DNA of 64,000 nucleotides, from the NCBI GenBank assembly GCA_963779415.1, contig CAVZYA010000001.1, positions 704,001 through 768,000 of the forward strand, in the 5' to 3' direction. This stretch comes from an uncultured Acidobacteriota bacterium (GTDB taxonomy: Bacteria > Acidobacteriota > Thermoanaerobaculia > UBA5066). The notes under the pieces were generated by a model, which worked only from the letters and a program-made list of their open reading frames with translations, did no database searches and was not told the DNA's origin. A program made the translations under genes and the position numbers. Shown here in pieces: positions 53,951-64,000 of this stretch (its first letter is position 1; every line of letters begins with the position of its first letter).

Positions 53951-54772
53951 ATGACGCTAGAGTTGGAAGCGGTGAGCGAGGTGAAGGCCGACGTCGGAAG
54001 CTTCGAGGTGCCGGGACGGCGGCTGGAATACCGGTGGATCGGGCCGGGACCGGGCGAGGCACCGACGATCGTCTTCCTGCACGAGGCGCTGGGGAGCGTC
54101 TCGACGTGGCGCGACTTCCCTGCCCGGCTGGCCGCCGAGAGCGAATGCAGCGCGCTGGTCTACAGCCGGACGGGGCATGGCGGCTCGGGGGCGCTTTCGG
54201 GGCTCCGGTCCGAGCGCTACCTTCACGAGGAAGCGCTGGAAGTTCTGCCGGCCGTCCTCGCGCATTTCCAGCTTTCGGACGTCGTCCTCTTCGGCCACAG
54301 CGACGGGGCGTCGATTGCGATCATCTTTGCCGGGGCAAAGCCGGAATCCGTACGTGGGCTGATCCTCGAGGCGCCCCACGTCTTCGTCGAGGAGGCCGCC
54401 CTCGGCGGGATCCTGCAAGCCATCGAGGCCTACGAGACGACGACGCTCCGCGAGAAGCTGTCTCGCCACCACGGCGAAGGGACCGACGCGCTCTTCCGCG
54501 CGTGGGCCGAGATCTGGCGCCGCCCCTCCTTCCGCGGCTGGAACATCGAAGAGTACCTCCCCTTCATCACCTGCCCCGTTCTCGTCGTTCAGGGGGAGGA
54601 CGACCAGTACGGAACGCTCCGGCAGGTGGAGAAGGTCGTCTCGCAGGTGCGAGGGCCGGCCCGGCCACTGATCGTGCCGAGGTGCGGCCACGCGCCACAT
54701 GCGGAGCGGCGGGACGAGGTTCTGGACGCCGCGGCCGGCTTCGTCGCCGCGATCTGCCGCCGTCCGGTCTGA
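53951..54772 (+). CDS. Alpha/beta fold hydrolase
   Basis: FLHEALG, GHSDG, QGEDDQYG, CGHAPH. Confidence 0.88.
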   Translation: MTLELEAVSEVKADVGSFEVPGRRLEYRWIGPGPGEAPTIVFLHEALGSVSTWRDFPARLAAESECSALVYSRTGHGGSGALSGLRSERYLHEEALEVLPAVLAHFQLSDVVLFGHSDGASIAIIFAGAKPESVRGLILEAPHVFVEEAALGGILQAIEAYETTTLREKLSRHHGEGTDALFRAWAEIWRRPSFRGWNIEEYLPFITCPVLVVQGEDDQYGTLRQVEKVVSQVRGPARPLIVPRCGHAPHAERRDEVLDAAAGFVAAICRRPV

Positions 54773-54806
54773 GATCCCCTGCCGCCGTCGGGTACCATCC
54801 CGCGAC

Positions 54807-55310
54807 ATGAGACGTTCCTCCCGATTCGTTCCCGCCCTCATCGCTCTCGTCGCCCTCGGCTCCGGCTGCAAGGGAGCCGGAAAGAGTCCGGCCGCCCTCG
54901 CTGCCGCCGATCCGGCCAGGAAGGCCGCGGTGGAAGCCGCCCTGCAGAAGTACGGCGATCTCGTGGCGAAGATGGACGACGAAGGGATCTCAGAGATGTT
55001 CACGATGAACGGCGAGATGGGGAGCACCGACGGGAAGCCGCTCGTCGGCCGCGCGGCGATCCTTCGCCAACTCGGAAGGCTGCACGACTTCAAGGTCCAG
55101 TCGGAGATCCTCACGTCCGAGTCGGTCACGTTCGAAGGGACGGACGCGTTTCAGAAAGGGACCTACCGGCAGACCGTCCTGACTCCGAAGGGAAACACGC
55201 TCGAGGTCTCCGGGAAGCTCGAAGCGGTCTGGACGCTCGAGGGCGACGGCGTCTGGAGGCTCAAGAAGATGATCTCCATTCCCGACTACGCCGAGAAGCC
55301 GAAGGGCTGA
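54807..55310 (+). CDS. NTF2/SnoaL-like lipoprotein
   Basis: Lipobox LGSGC; GRAAI, AFQKGTY, VWTLEGDGVWRL. Confidence 0.7.
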   Translation: MRRSSRFVPALIALVALGSGCKGAGKSPAALAAADPARKAAVEAALQKYGDLVAKMDDEGISEMFTMNGEMGSTDGKPLVGRAAILRQLGRLHDFKVQSEILTSESVTFEGTDAFQKGTYRQTVLTPKGNTLEVSGKLEAVWTLEGDGVWRLKKMISIPDYAEKPKG

Positions 55311-55317
55311 CCTCGAG

Positions 55318-55689
55318 ATGCACGAGACGGGGATCGCGATGGAGATCTACGCGATCTCGCGCCGCACGGCCGACGCGAACGGCGGGGGCCGCCTGATGTC
55401 CGTGAAGGTGATCGTAGGCGAGCTTTCCGCCATCGAGCCGGATCTCCTGGCCTTCGCCTGGGAGGCGGTCACCGCGGGCGGGGCCGACGCCGCGGCGCGG
55501 ATCGACGTGGAGTGGCGTCCGGCCCGGCAGATCTGCGCCGACTGCGGCGAGATCGCCGAGCGGGCCTCCGGGACCTGGCTGCGGCTCTGCCCGCAGTGCG
55601 GCGGGGGGCTGAAGATCGAGGGGGGCGACGAGCTGGACGTGCGTGACGTGACCTTCGAGGATGCCGGCGACGGAGGGGGGACCCGATGA
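55318..55689 (+). CDS. hypA: Hydrogenase nickel chaperone HypA
   Basis: MHE start, GELS, CADC/CPQC, GDEL. Confidence 0.93.
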   Translation: MHETGIAMEIYAISRRTADANGGGRLMSVKVIVGELSAIEPDLLAFAWEAVTAGGADAAARIDVEWRPARQICADCGEIAERASGTWLRLCPQCGGGLKIEGGDELDVRDVTFEDAGDGGGTR

Positions 55690-56354
55690 CGCAGATCGAC
55701 GTGAAGCAGAAGGTGCTCTCCGCGAACATGGAGGCGGCCGCCGGGCTGCGGACGGGATTCGCCGCGAGCCGGACGTTGGTCGTGAATCTGATCTCGTCCC
55801 CCGGCTCGGGGAAGACGACCTTCTTGGAAAGGACGGTTGCGGACCTGAAGGGGCGCCTCCGCCTCGGCGGTCTGGAGGGGGACATCGCGACGGAGCGCGA
55901 TGCCGAGCGGCTGAGGCGACAGGGAATCCCGGCGCGGCAGATCCTGACCGGCGGCTCCTGCCACCTCGACGCGCGGCAGGTGCGCCAGGCGCTGGAGGAG
56001 GAGAAGGGGGCGCTGTCGGGGCTCGACATCCTCTTCATCGAGAACGTCGGAAACCTGATCTGTCCGACGAGTTACGACCTCGGAGAGGACTTCAAGGCCG
56101 TTCTCCTTTCGGTCACCGAGGGAGACGACAAGCCCTTCAAGTACCCCGGCATCTTCTCGAAGGCGTCCGTGGCCGTCGTGACGAAGATGGACCTCCTCCC
56201 CCACGTCGACTTCGACCTCGCGGCGGTCCGGCAGCAGATCCGGACGCTGAATTCGAACGGGAAGATCCTCGAGACCTCCGCGAAGACGGGCGCAGGGATG
56301 GATGGCTGGTACGGGCTGCTGGCGGAGGAGCTTCGAAAGAAGCGCGGCGGTTGA
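55686..56354 (+). CDS. hypB: Hydrogenase nickel GTPase HypB
   Basis: SSPGSGKTT, CHLDA, ENVGNLICP, EGDDKPFKYP, TKMDL. Confidence 0.95.
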   Translation: MTQIDVKQKVLSANMEAAAGLRTGFAASRTLVVNLISSPGSGKTTFLERTVADLKGRLRLGGLEGDIATERDAERLRRQGIPARQILTGGSCHLDARQVRQALEEEKGALSGLDILFIENVGNLICPTSYDLGEDFKAVLLSVTEGDDKPFKYPGIFSKASVAVVTKMDLLPHVDFDLAAVRQQIRTLNSNGKILETSAKTGAGMDGWYGLLAEELRKKRGG

Positions 56355-56413
56355 TTGCCGGAGTCGATTGACGAGACGTAGACTTCCGCCAGGCTAGGCC
56401 TGAGGAGATCGCC

Positions 56414-58641
56414 ATGGAGACCGTGGCCCTGACGGGACGCACCCTCGGGCACTACGTTGTCCTGGAATCCCTCGGCGAGGGCGGCATGGGCGCCGTCTAC
56501 AAGGCAAGGGACAAGCGGCTCGGCCGGCTCGTCGCCCTCAAGGTCATGCGCCCCGACTGGACGAGCGATGCCGACCGGAGGCAGCGCTTCGTCCGGGAAG
56601 CCCGCACCGCCTCCGCGCTCAACCATCCCAACATCCTCGTCATTTACGAGATCGACGCGGAGGACGGTCTCGACTACATCGCCATGGAGTTCGTCCCGGG
56701 CGGGACGCTCGCCGACCTTCTCGTCTCCGGGCCCCTGCCTGCCGATCGCGCGCTGCGCCTGGCCGCCCAGATCGCCGAAGCCCTCTCCGCCGCGCACGCC
56801 GCCGGCATCGTCCACCGGGATCTCAAGCCGTCGAACATCATGCTGTCGGCCGAGGATCGCGTGAAGGTCGTCGACTTCGGACTTGCCAAGCTGGTCGGAT
56901 CCGCCTTGCCCACGGTGGAAGCGCCCGAGGCGGTCACGGCGACCGGCGCGATCCTGGGCACGGCACCTTACATGTCGCCCGAGCAGGCCGCGGGGCGCGC
57001 CGTCGACGCGCGCAGCGATCTCTTCAGCCTCGGCACGATCCTCTACGAGATGCTGGCGGGCCGCCGGCCCTTCGATGCCGACTCCTGCGCGGGCACGCTC
57101 GCGGCGATCCTCCGGGACGCCCCTCCGCCGATCGCCGGCGTCGCCCCGCCGGTTGCGCGGCTCGTCGAGCGCTGCCTCCGCAAGGACGTCGCCCGGCGCT
57201 TTCAGTCGGCCTCCGAACTGAAAGCGGCCCTCGAGGCCTGTGCCGCTCCCTCTTCGGACCGGGAAAGACCCTCCGTCGCGGTGCTGCCATTCACCAACAT
57301 GACCGGTACGAAGGAGGACGATTACCTCTGTGAGGGACTGGCCGAGGAGGTCATCAATGCCCTGACCCGCGATTCCCGGACTCCGCGTGATCGCCCGGAC
57401 CTCGGCGTTCGCCGTCGGCCGGCTGGGGCTCGACATCCGGGAGATCGGCGCACGGCTCGATGTCGAAAGCGTCCTCGAGGGGAGCGTGCGCCGGGAGGGG
57501 CGCCGGGTACGCGTGACGGCCCAGCTGGTGACCACGAGCGACGGCGGCCATCTCTGGAGCGAGCGCTACGATCGTGAGCTGACGGACGTCCTGGCCCTCG
57601 AGGACGAGATCGCCGCGGCGATCGCCGCGCGGCTGCGTCTGGACCTGGCGCGTGAGCACGCGCGAGCGACTGACGCCCGTCGTCGACGCCGAGGCGCACG
57701 CGGCCTATCTCGAAGGGCGCTACTTCTTCGCACGGGGTGCTCCGGAGGCCCTGATGCAGGCGATGGCGTGCTACGGGCAGGCGATCGCCAAAGATCCCGA
57801 CTTTGCGCTCGCCTTCGACTCGTTGGCGGAGCTGCACTGGTATCTCGGTTTTTTCGGCAACGTTCCTCCGCGCGAGGCCTTCTCGCAGAGCACCTGGCAC
57901 GCCCTGCGCGCCCTGGAGCTGGACGACGGGCTCGCCCAGACTCACGCTCTTCTCGGGATGCTCCGGAAGGAACTCGACTACAACTGGCCCGAGGTCGATC
58001 GCGAGCTGGCCCGGGCGCTCGAGCTGAACCCGGAGTCGCCGCTCGTCCGCCTGCGCTACGCCATCAGCGGACTCCTGCCGCACGGCCGCGTCGATGAAGC
58101 GGTGACCGAACTCGACGGCGTGCTCCGGGCCGATCCGCTCTCTCTCCTCGTCCGCTGGTGGCTGGCCGTGATGACGTACCTTGCCCGCCGGTTCGACCGG
58201 ACGATCGAAGAGGGCCGGCACATGATCGCGCTCGACCCGAACCATTTCCTCGGTCACTGGGCGCTCGGGATAGGTCTCGAAGAATCCGGCGCGAAGGCCG
58301 ACGCCGTCGCCGCGATGGAGAAAGCGCACGAGCTGTCCGGTGGGATACCGTTCACTCTCGGTTTCCTCGGGTACGTCTACGGACGCGCCGGACGACGCGA
58401 AGAGACACGTCGCGTGCTCGAGCGTGCCGAGCAACTCTCGAAAGCGGGCTATCTGCCCGCCTCGACCCTTGCCATGTGCCGCATCGGGCTCGACGACTGG
58501 GATCGAGCCTTCGAATGGATGGACAGGGCCATCGAGACGCGCGACCCGATCATCATGCCGATCAAGACCTTTCCGTTCCTGGACCCGGTCCGGAGCGACG
58601 CCCGCTACCGGGCTCTCCTCGACAAGATGCACCTCGTCTAG
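56414..58641 (+). CDS. Ser/Thr kinase-TolB_N-TPR protein; frameshifts at about 57370 and 57655
   Basis: GEGGMGAVY, HRDLKPSN, DFGLAK; SVAVLPF; ARTSAF...LWSERYDR; TPRs in three successive frames. Confidence 0.85.
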
Positions 58642-59801
58642 CCGACGAGCATCTTCCGGACCAGCCTTCCGATCTCGACGCAGCATGTCAGGCCCGGCGA
58701 GTCGATGCCGAGGAGCTGGACGAGGTTCGGGTGCTTCTCGTCGCGGAAGACGATCCAGTCGCTTGCGCCTTTCAGGTGGACCATGATCCCGGCGTAGTCG
58801 AGCTGGACGTCGGAGAGTTCGAGCGCGGGCATGTAGCGCCTCGCGCGACCGACGATGAACTCCGCCGGGTATCGGCCCGTCTCGTAATCGTCGAGCGACG
58901 GCGCCACCCGGAACTCCGGCCCGACGGTGAAGAGATCTCCCGTGACCGTGGCCCCGCCGGGACCCATGCCGAACGTCGGCGTCAGGTGTGCGCCCACCAT
59001 GAGCGGCCGCTCGTCGCCGAGGTCGAGCCGCTCCGGGACCGGATAGACGTTCCGGCCGGAGAGCCAGAGTTCCGGACGGTGCCGGCGGTTCATCCGGCAG
59101 TACTCGCCACGGAGCGGGACGACGGTCACGTCGAGCGACGGGTCCGCCATCCGCCCCACCTCGTCGCAACGGAGGCCCGCCGCGTTGACGACGGCCCCGG
59201 CTTCGAACGTCTCCTCCGAAGCCGCGCCTCCCCGGCGCCGCCCCGTCACCTCGAAGACGCCGCCCTGCGGCCGGACGGCCGTCACCTCGAAATCCATCAG
59301 CACCGACGCCCCCTTCTTCTCCGCGAGACGGGCGAGCGTTCCGACGAGCTGTGGCGCGTCGACGATCCCGGTCGTCGGGATCAGGAGCGACGCCTCGACC
59401 GAAAGGGCCGGCTCCAGCGCCGCCGTCTCCCGGCGCGTGAGCATTCGCACCCCGGGGACGCCGTTTGCAGCCGCCCGGCCCCGCACTTCCTCGAGCACCG
59501 GCAGCTCTTCCTTCGATGGCGCCACGACGAGCTTGCCGGTCCTTTCGCAAGGGATGGCGTGCGCGCTCGCCAGCTCGTACATCCGGGCGTTCGCCTCGAC
59601 GCAGAGCCGCGCCTTCAAGCTCCCTTCGGCGTAGTAGATCCCGGCGTGGACGACGCCGCTGCTCCGGCCGGACTGCTCCTCGCCGAGTCGCGGGTTTTTC
59701 TCGAGGAGAAAGACGCTGCCGACTCCGGCTTCGGCCAGCTGCCACGCGACGGCGCATCCGACCGCGCCCCCTCCGACGACGACCGCTTCTACTCGATCCA
59801 T
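58638..59801 (-). CDS. FAD-dependent oxidoreductase (L-2-hydroxyglutarate oxidase-like)
   Basis: VVGGGAVG, QSGRSSGVVHAGIYY, VVNAAGL, RGEY, GIDSPGLT. Confidence 0.85.
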   Translation of the reverse strand: MDRVEAVVVGGGAVGCAVAWQLAEAGVGSVFLLEKNPRLGEEQSGRSSGVVHAGIYYAEGSLKARLCVEANARMYELASAHAIPCERTGKLVVAPSKEELPVLEEVRGRAAANGVPGVRMLTRRETAALEPALSVEASLLIPTTGIVDAPQLVGTLARLAEKKGASVLMDFEVTAVRPQGGVFEVTGRRRGGAASEETFEAGAVVNAAGLRCDEVGRMADPSLDVTVVPLRGEYCRMNRRHRPELWLSGRNVYPVPERLDLGDERPLMVGAHLTPTFGMGPGGATVTGDLFTVGPEFRVAPSLDDYETGRYPAEFIVGRARRYMPALELSDVQLDYAGIMVHLKGASDWIVFRDEKHPNLVQLLGIDSPGLTCCVEIGRLVRKMLVG

Positions 59802-59807
59802 CGTCCG

Positions 59808-61172
59808 TTACCGGGGAGCCGGATGAGCGAGGGCCGCCACCGCCGCGTCGACCGTGACGGCGTCGACGACCCCGGCCGCCCCGTAGAGGACCGGCAGGAC
59901 CTTTTCCGGCGGATAGCGCTTCCGGAGCGCCGCGACCTTCTCCGTCCCGAACCGGTAGGCTGGAAGGTACATCCGGCCGAGGAGCGGGTGGCGCCCCCAC
60001 GCGCCGGAGAGCTTGTCGGCTCGCTCGGGCGAGACGAGGAAGTCGTTCCGGAGGACCGCCGCGACGTCTGCCTGCGGCTTCTTCTCGTGCCACGTCAGGT
60101 AGGACGACTGGTTCTTGGCGTCGTCCTGCAGGAGGGCGAGGAGAAGGCCAATGACGAGGTCCTTGTCGGGGATCTCCGAGAGATCCGTCACGCCGTACGC
60201 CATCAGGAGGGCGTTGTTGGCGATCCCCTCGGCGAGGGCTGCGTACCGAGTGTTCATCGTCAGGACCGTCGCCTCGAAGCCGACGCGGCGCCGCACCCAG
60301 AGGTTCTGGAGAAATGCGAAGGTCGTGACGTGCCCCGGGACGACCTCGTGGCTGACGAGCTGGTGAAACTCGGGGACCGAGATCTGGAGCGACGCGTTCA
60401 GTTCGTACGTCGCCTCGTACTCGGGCGAGCCGTCCGGCTTCCGCGCCCGTCCGAGATAGTTCATCGAGCCGGAGAACCAGGCGTTCTCGATCGGAAAGAA
60501 AGAAACATTCGCGAGGGGAACGACGAATAGCTCAGAAGGCAGATAGGGCAACAGGTTCTTCCGAGCCAGTGCCTCCAGCTCCCGAATGACTTCGGCGGCG
60601 AGAGACGGTATTGATCTTCCTTCGACGATCTTCTTCTTCCGCCACGCGTCGACCGCGGCGAGAAGGCCGGCGCGGTCTTTCGAGGGGTGCCCCGCGGCGA
60701 CGAGAAGGTCCGCCAGGAGCCGGCGCTTCTCTTCGGGGCGCGACGGCTCGGGAGGGCGGTCCGTCATGGCGTGGACGCACCGGTCGTACGGGACCGGCGC
60801 CCCGCGCCCGAGGAGCTCCATCGCCAGGTCCCACATCACGTCGAAGCAGAGGGCGAGACCGGAGAGATACGCGCCACGGAGGCCTCCGATTCTCTTTCCC
60901 TCGGCCGCGACGGCGTCGATCGAGCGCTTCACCTCCACCTCGGCGAGGTAGGCGTCGACGGAGGCCGTGTCGGGCTCCTTGGCCGTGACGCCGCCGCTCT
61001 CGCGAATCCGCGCCGCCGCCGGGTGTGTGTAGGCGAGCGGAAGCTTCTCGTCGGAGAACCAGCAGTCGGCGATGAAACGGCCGGTTCCGGAGGGGTTCAG
61101 AACGTCGCCGCCCCAGAGGGTGTCGGTGCCGAGGACGGCCTGCGCGACGTCGTGGTCGAGACCTGTCAGCAT
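59808..61172 (-). CDS. Hypothetical zincin-like protein (HExxPGH, DUF885-like)
   Basis: SHEVVPGH followed by LAEG; ATG 61172 with GGGAGG RBS. Confidence 0.6.
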   Translation of the reverse strand: MLTGLDHDVAQAVLGTDTLWGGDVLNPSGTGRFIADCWFSDEKLPLAYTHPAAARIRESGGVTAKEPDTASVDAYLAEVEVKRSIDAVAAEGKRIGGLRGAYLSGLALCFDVMWDLAMELLGRGAPVPYDRCVHAMTDRPPEPSRPEEKRRLLADLLVAAGHPSKDRAGLLAAVDAWRKKKIVEGRSIPSLAAEVIRELEALARKNLLPYLPSELFVVPLANVSFFPIENAWFSGSMNYLGRARKPDGSPEYEATYELNASLQISVPEFHQLVSHEVVPGHVTTFAFLQNLWVRRRVGFEATVLTMNTRYAALAEGIANNALLMAYGVTDLSEIPDKDLVIGLLLALLQDDAKNQSSYLTWHEKKPQADVAAVLRNDFLVSPERADKLSGAWGRHPLLGRMYLPAYRFGTEKVAALRKRYPPEKVLPVLYGAAGVVDAVTVDAAVAALAHPAPR

Positions 61173-61270
61173 GGGCGCCTCCCGACGAAGTATCGCGCTT
61201 CCCCGTTCCTTGCGTTCGCGGAAGGGCGCCCGTAAGCTGCCGAGGTTCGCCATAACAAAACCATTCGGAG

Positions 61271-63316
61271 GTGCCCTCCGTGGAGACGACCCGCCGGACC
61301 CTGCCCGAGAACGCCTACCGCGCCCTGAAGCCGGGAGAGACGTACAGCCCGATCGTTCCGGCCGACAAGCCGGTCCCCGAGTTCACGGGGCGCTCGCTCG
61401 TCATCGGCCTCCTGATGGCGGCCGTCTTTTCCGCCGCCGCGGCGTTCCTCGGCCTGAAGGTGGGCCAGGTCTTCGAGGCGGCCATCCCGATCTCGATCCT
61501 GGCCGTCGGCCTCGGTTACGCCTTCAAGCGCAGGTCGACGATCCTCGAAAACGTCATCATCCAGTCGGTCGGCGCGGCTTCGGGCCTCGTCGTGGCAGGT
61601 TCGATCTTCACGCTTCCCGCCCTCTTCATCCTCGGACTCGACGTCGACCTCGTGAAGCTGTTTCTCGTGGCGCTTCTCGGCGGGACGATCGGCATCCTCT
61701 TCCTCGTTCCGCTACGGCGTTACTTCGTGAAGGAGATGCACGGCGAGTTCCCGTTCCCCGAGGCGACGGCCACGACCGAGGTGCTCGTCGCGGGCGAGGC
61801 GGGAGGCCAGCAGGCGCGCGTCCTTGCTGCCGCAGCCGCCGTCGGCGGGATCTTCGACTTTTTGATCATCCATCTCGAGGCGTTTGCCGAGGTCTTCACC
61901 TCGCGGTCGCTCCCCTACCTCAAGGAGCTGGCCGACAAGGCGAAGATCGTCTTCAAGCTCGACGTTCTCGCCTCGGTCGTGGGTCTCGGTTACATCATCG
62001 GTCTCCGATACTCGGCCATCATCTGCGCGGGGTCGTTCGTCTCCTGGTTCCTCCTCGTCCCGGTCGTCGCGCACTTCGGGGCGCAGCTTCAGTCCAGCGT
62101 CCCGCCGGCCGCCCCGGGGATGCTCATCGGCTCGATGACGGCCGAGGCGGTCTTCCGGACATACGTGAGGCACATCGGGATCGGCGGCATCGCTGCGGCC
62201 GGGATCATGGGGATCCTCCGGAGCTGGCGGATCATCGCGAAAGCCTTCGGCATGGGCTTCAAGGAGCTGCTCGGCGGGAAGAAGGGCGCCGCCGCGCCGG
62301 CCACCGAGCGGACCGACCGGGACATCTCGATGGGGCTCGTCCTGGCCGGCATCATCGTCGTCGCGATCGCCGCGTGGGTCTTCTTCCGCTTCAGCGTCCT
62401 CTCGGGCTCGCCGGGAGCCTCCACCCAGTCGCTCATCGCGCTGGCCGTCGTCATCGTGATCTCGTTCCTCTTCACGACGGTCGCCGCGCGGGCAATCGCC
62501 GTCGTCGGGACGAACCCCGTTTCAGGGATGACCCTGATGACGCTCATCCTGACGTCGGTCTTCCTCGTGGCCGCGGGCCTCACCGGAAGGGCGGGGATGC
62601 TGGCGGCTCTCCTGATCGGCGGCGTCGTCTGCACGGCGCTCTCGATGGCGGGGGGCCTCGTGACCGACCTGAAGATCGGCTACTGGATCGGCGCGACGCC
62701 GGCCGTCCAGGAACGGTCGAAATTCCTCGGGACGATCGTGGCGGCGCTGACGGTCGGAGCGGTGATCCTTCTCCTCAATCAGGCTTACGGCTTCGCGCCG
62801 TCGGCCGCCCACCCGGAGAGCGAGGTCCTCGTCGCCCCGCAGGCCAATGCCATGGCCGCCGTCATCAAGACCCTGATGTCGAACGAGCCGGTGCCGTGGC
62901 TTCTCTACGGCGTCGGCGCCCTCGTCGCCCTGACGATGCAGATGATCGGCGTGCCGTCCCTGGCCTTCGCCCTCGGGATGTACATTCCGCAGGAGCTGAA
63001 CACGCCGCTTTTGATCGGGGGCCTCGTCGCCCACTTCGTCGCGAAGTCGGCGGGGAAGGACGAAAAGCTCGCGACGGCCCGCGGCCAGCGAGGCACCCTC
63101 ATCGCCTCGGGCTTCATCGCCGGCGGCGCCATCATGGGGGTCGTCGCGGCGCTCCTGAAGTTCCTGAAGACGAAGATGAGCCTCGGCCCGCTCGCGTTCG
63201 GCTTCGACAACGGGCAGGGCGCGGGCGCCGAGCTTCTCGCCCTCGGCCTCTACCTCCTCCTTCTCGTCTACATGTACTGGGATTCGAAGAGGGTGAAAGA
63301 GGGGACCCCGCCCTGA
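61271..63316 (+). CDS. OPT-family oligopeptide transporter
   Basis: LGLKVG, ILENVIIQ, PFPEATA, NPVSG, DLKIGYW, APQANAM, IASGFIAG. Confidence 0.92.
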   Translation: MPSVETTRRTLPENAYRALKPGETYSPIVPADKPVPEFTGRSLVIGLLMAAVFSAAAAFLGLKVGQVFEAAIPISILAVGLGYAFKRRSTILENVIIQSVGAASGLVVAGSIFTLPALFILGLDVDLVKLFLVALLGGTIGILFLVPLRRYFVKEMHGEFPFPEATATTEVLVAGEAGGQQARVLAAAAAVGGIFDFLIIHLEAFAEVFTSRSLPYLKELADKAKIVFKLDVLASVVGLGYIIGLRYSAIICAGSFVSWFLLVPVVAHFGAQLQSSVPPAAPGMLIGSMTAEAVFRTYVRHIGIGGIAAAGIMGILRSWRIIAKAFGMGFKELLGGKKGAAAPATERTDRDISMGLVLAGIIVVAIAAWVFFRFSVLSGSPGASTQSLIALAVVIVISFLFTTVAARAIAVVGTNPVSGMTLMTLILTSVFLVAAGLTGRAGMLAALLIGGVVCTALSMAGGLVTDLKIGYWIGATPAVQERSKFLGTIVAALTVGAVILLLNQAYGFAPSAAHPESEVLVAPQANAMAAVIKTLMSNEPVPWLLYGVGALVALTMQMIGVPSLAFALGMYIPQELNTPLLIGGLVAHFVAKSAGKDEKLATARGQRGTLIASGFIAGGAIMGVVAALLKFLKTKMSLGPLAFGFDNGQGAGAELLALGLYLLLLVYMYWDSKRVKEGTPP

Positions 63317-63467
63317 CCAGGCTGAAATACTCCAGAATCCGAGCCTTGCCCTTTCCGCTCTGACCCTGTCCGACCCCGACGCACACCTATAATCCCGGCG
63401 CACCACGACGAACACCGTGGTGCCGGGGCGGACCGTTCGGGGCCCCGAGCAAGTGAGGAGGAGCCGC

Positions 63468-63905
63468 ATGAAGACCAAGGAGAAACAGGAAAAGCTCGTC
63501 GAGATCCTGAAGGCCTGGCAGCACGTCGAGAACGAGAGCGTGGCGCAGACGGCGGGCATCATCGACAAAACGCGCAACCCGGTGATCCGCCTCGTCATGG
63601 AGATCATCCAGCGCGACTCCGCGATGCACCATCGCGTCCAGGACTTCGTCATCGGGACCCTCGAGAAGGAGGCCGTGGACCTGACACCGGACGATCTGGC
63701 GAAAGTGTGGGGAGCGATCGAGGCACACATCGCGGCCGAGAAGAAGACCGAAGAGTTGATCGCCGCGGCCCGGAAGTCGCTCGCCGGAACCCGGAACGTG
63801 GTGCAGCAGTACTTTCTCTCCTACCTCGAGCACGACGAGAAGAAACATGACCGGCTGCTCGAGGACCTCGCCCTGATCAAGCAGGGAATCTACAAGAGCG
63901 CCTGA
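63468..63905 (+). CDS. Ferritin-like four-helix-bundle protein
   Basis: GAGGAGG RBS; DSAMHH, EAHIAAE, DEKKH; perfect TATAAT at 63388-63393. Confidence 0.7.
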   Translation: MKTKEKQEKLVEILKAWQHVENESVAQTAGIIDKTRNPVIRLVMEIIQRDSAMHHRVQDFVIGTLEKEAVDLTPDDLAKVWGAIEAHIAAEKKTEELIAAARKSLAGTRNVVQQYFLSYLEHDEKKHDRLLEDLALIKQGIYKSA

Positions 63906-64000
63906 GGGGCGCCGGCCGGCGAGCGGCCGGCGGGGTCAAGGCCGGACTCCGCGGTAACCTCGCTTCATGGGCATCATCCGATCGGGCGAGAATCGGCCCC

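Overview
High-GC bacterial DNA, probably from an Acidobacteriota-like organism. That placement is inferred from dsrL and dsrD beside reductive-looking dsrAB, a second dsrMK pair, and Ser/Thr kinase-TolB_N-TPR proteins. The first 21.5 kb is a nearly complete dissimilatory sulfate-reduction island. The minus strand carries dsrM2K2-dsrABDL-dsrN-HEAT-TPR-dsrC-dsrT-dsrM, with dsrM running off the left edge. The plus strand carries aprBA-Zn-ribbon-YkgJ-qmoABC-sat-Rrf2. Next (22-31 kb) are two convergent paralogous signalling modules, each with a cytidylate-kinase-like protein, a membrane protein (TauE, or DUF202 with about 25 heptad repeats), a histidine kinase and stand-alone receivers. At 32-37 kb is a Tat Fe-S/NrfD pair with no catalytic subunit, two membrane-anchored GcvH-like proteins and a receiver-less sigma-54 activator. 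A group 1d-type [NiFe] hydrogenase with the O2-tolerance cysteines (39-43 kb), a probable solitary integron cassette (46.4-47.2 kb) and mixed accessory genes follow. The most notable non-coding signal is five correctly spaced sigma-54 (-24/-12) motifs before dsrA, aprB, the left-facing signalling operon, the NrfD module and the hydrogenase. An 11-bp-phased GTAAC repeat lies about 100-210 bp upstream of three of them. Many genes carry single-base frameshifts that look like long-read consensus errors.
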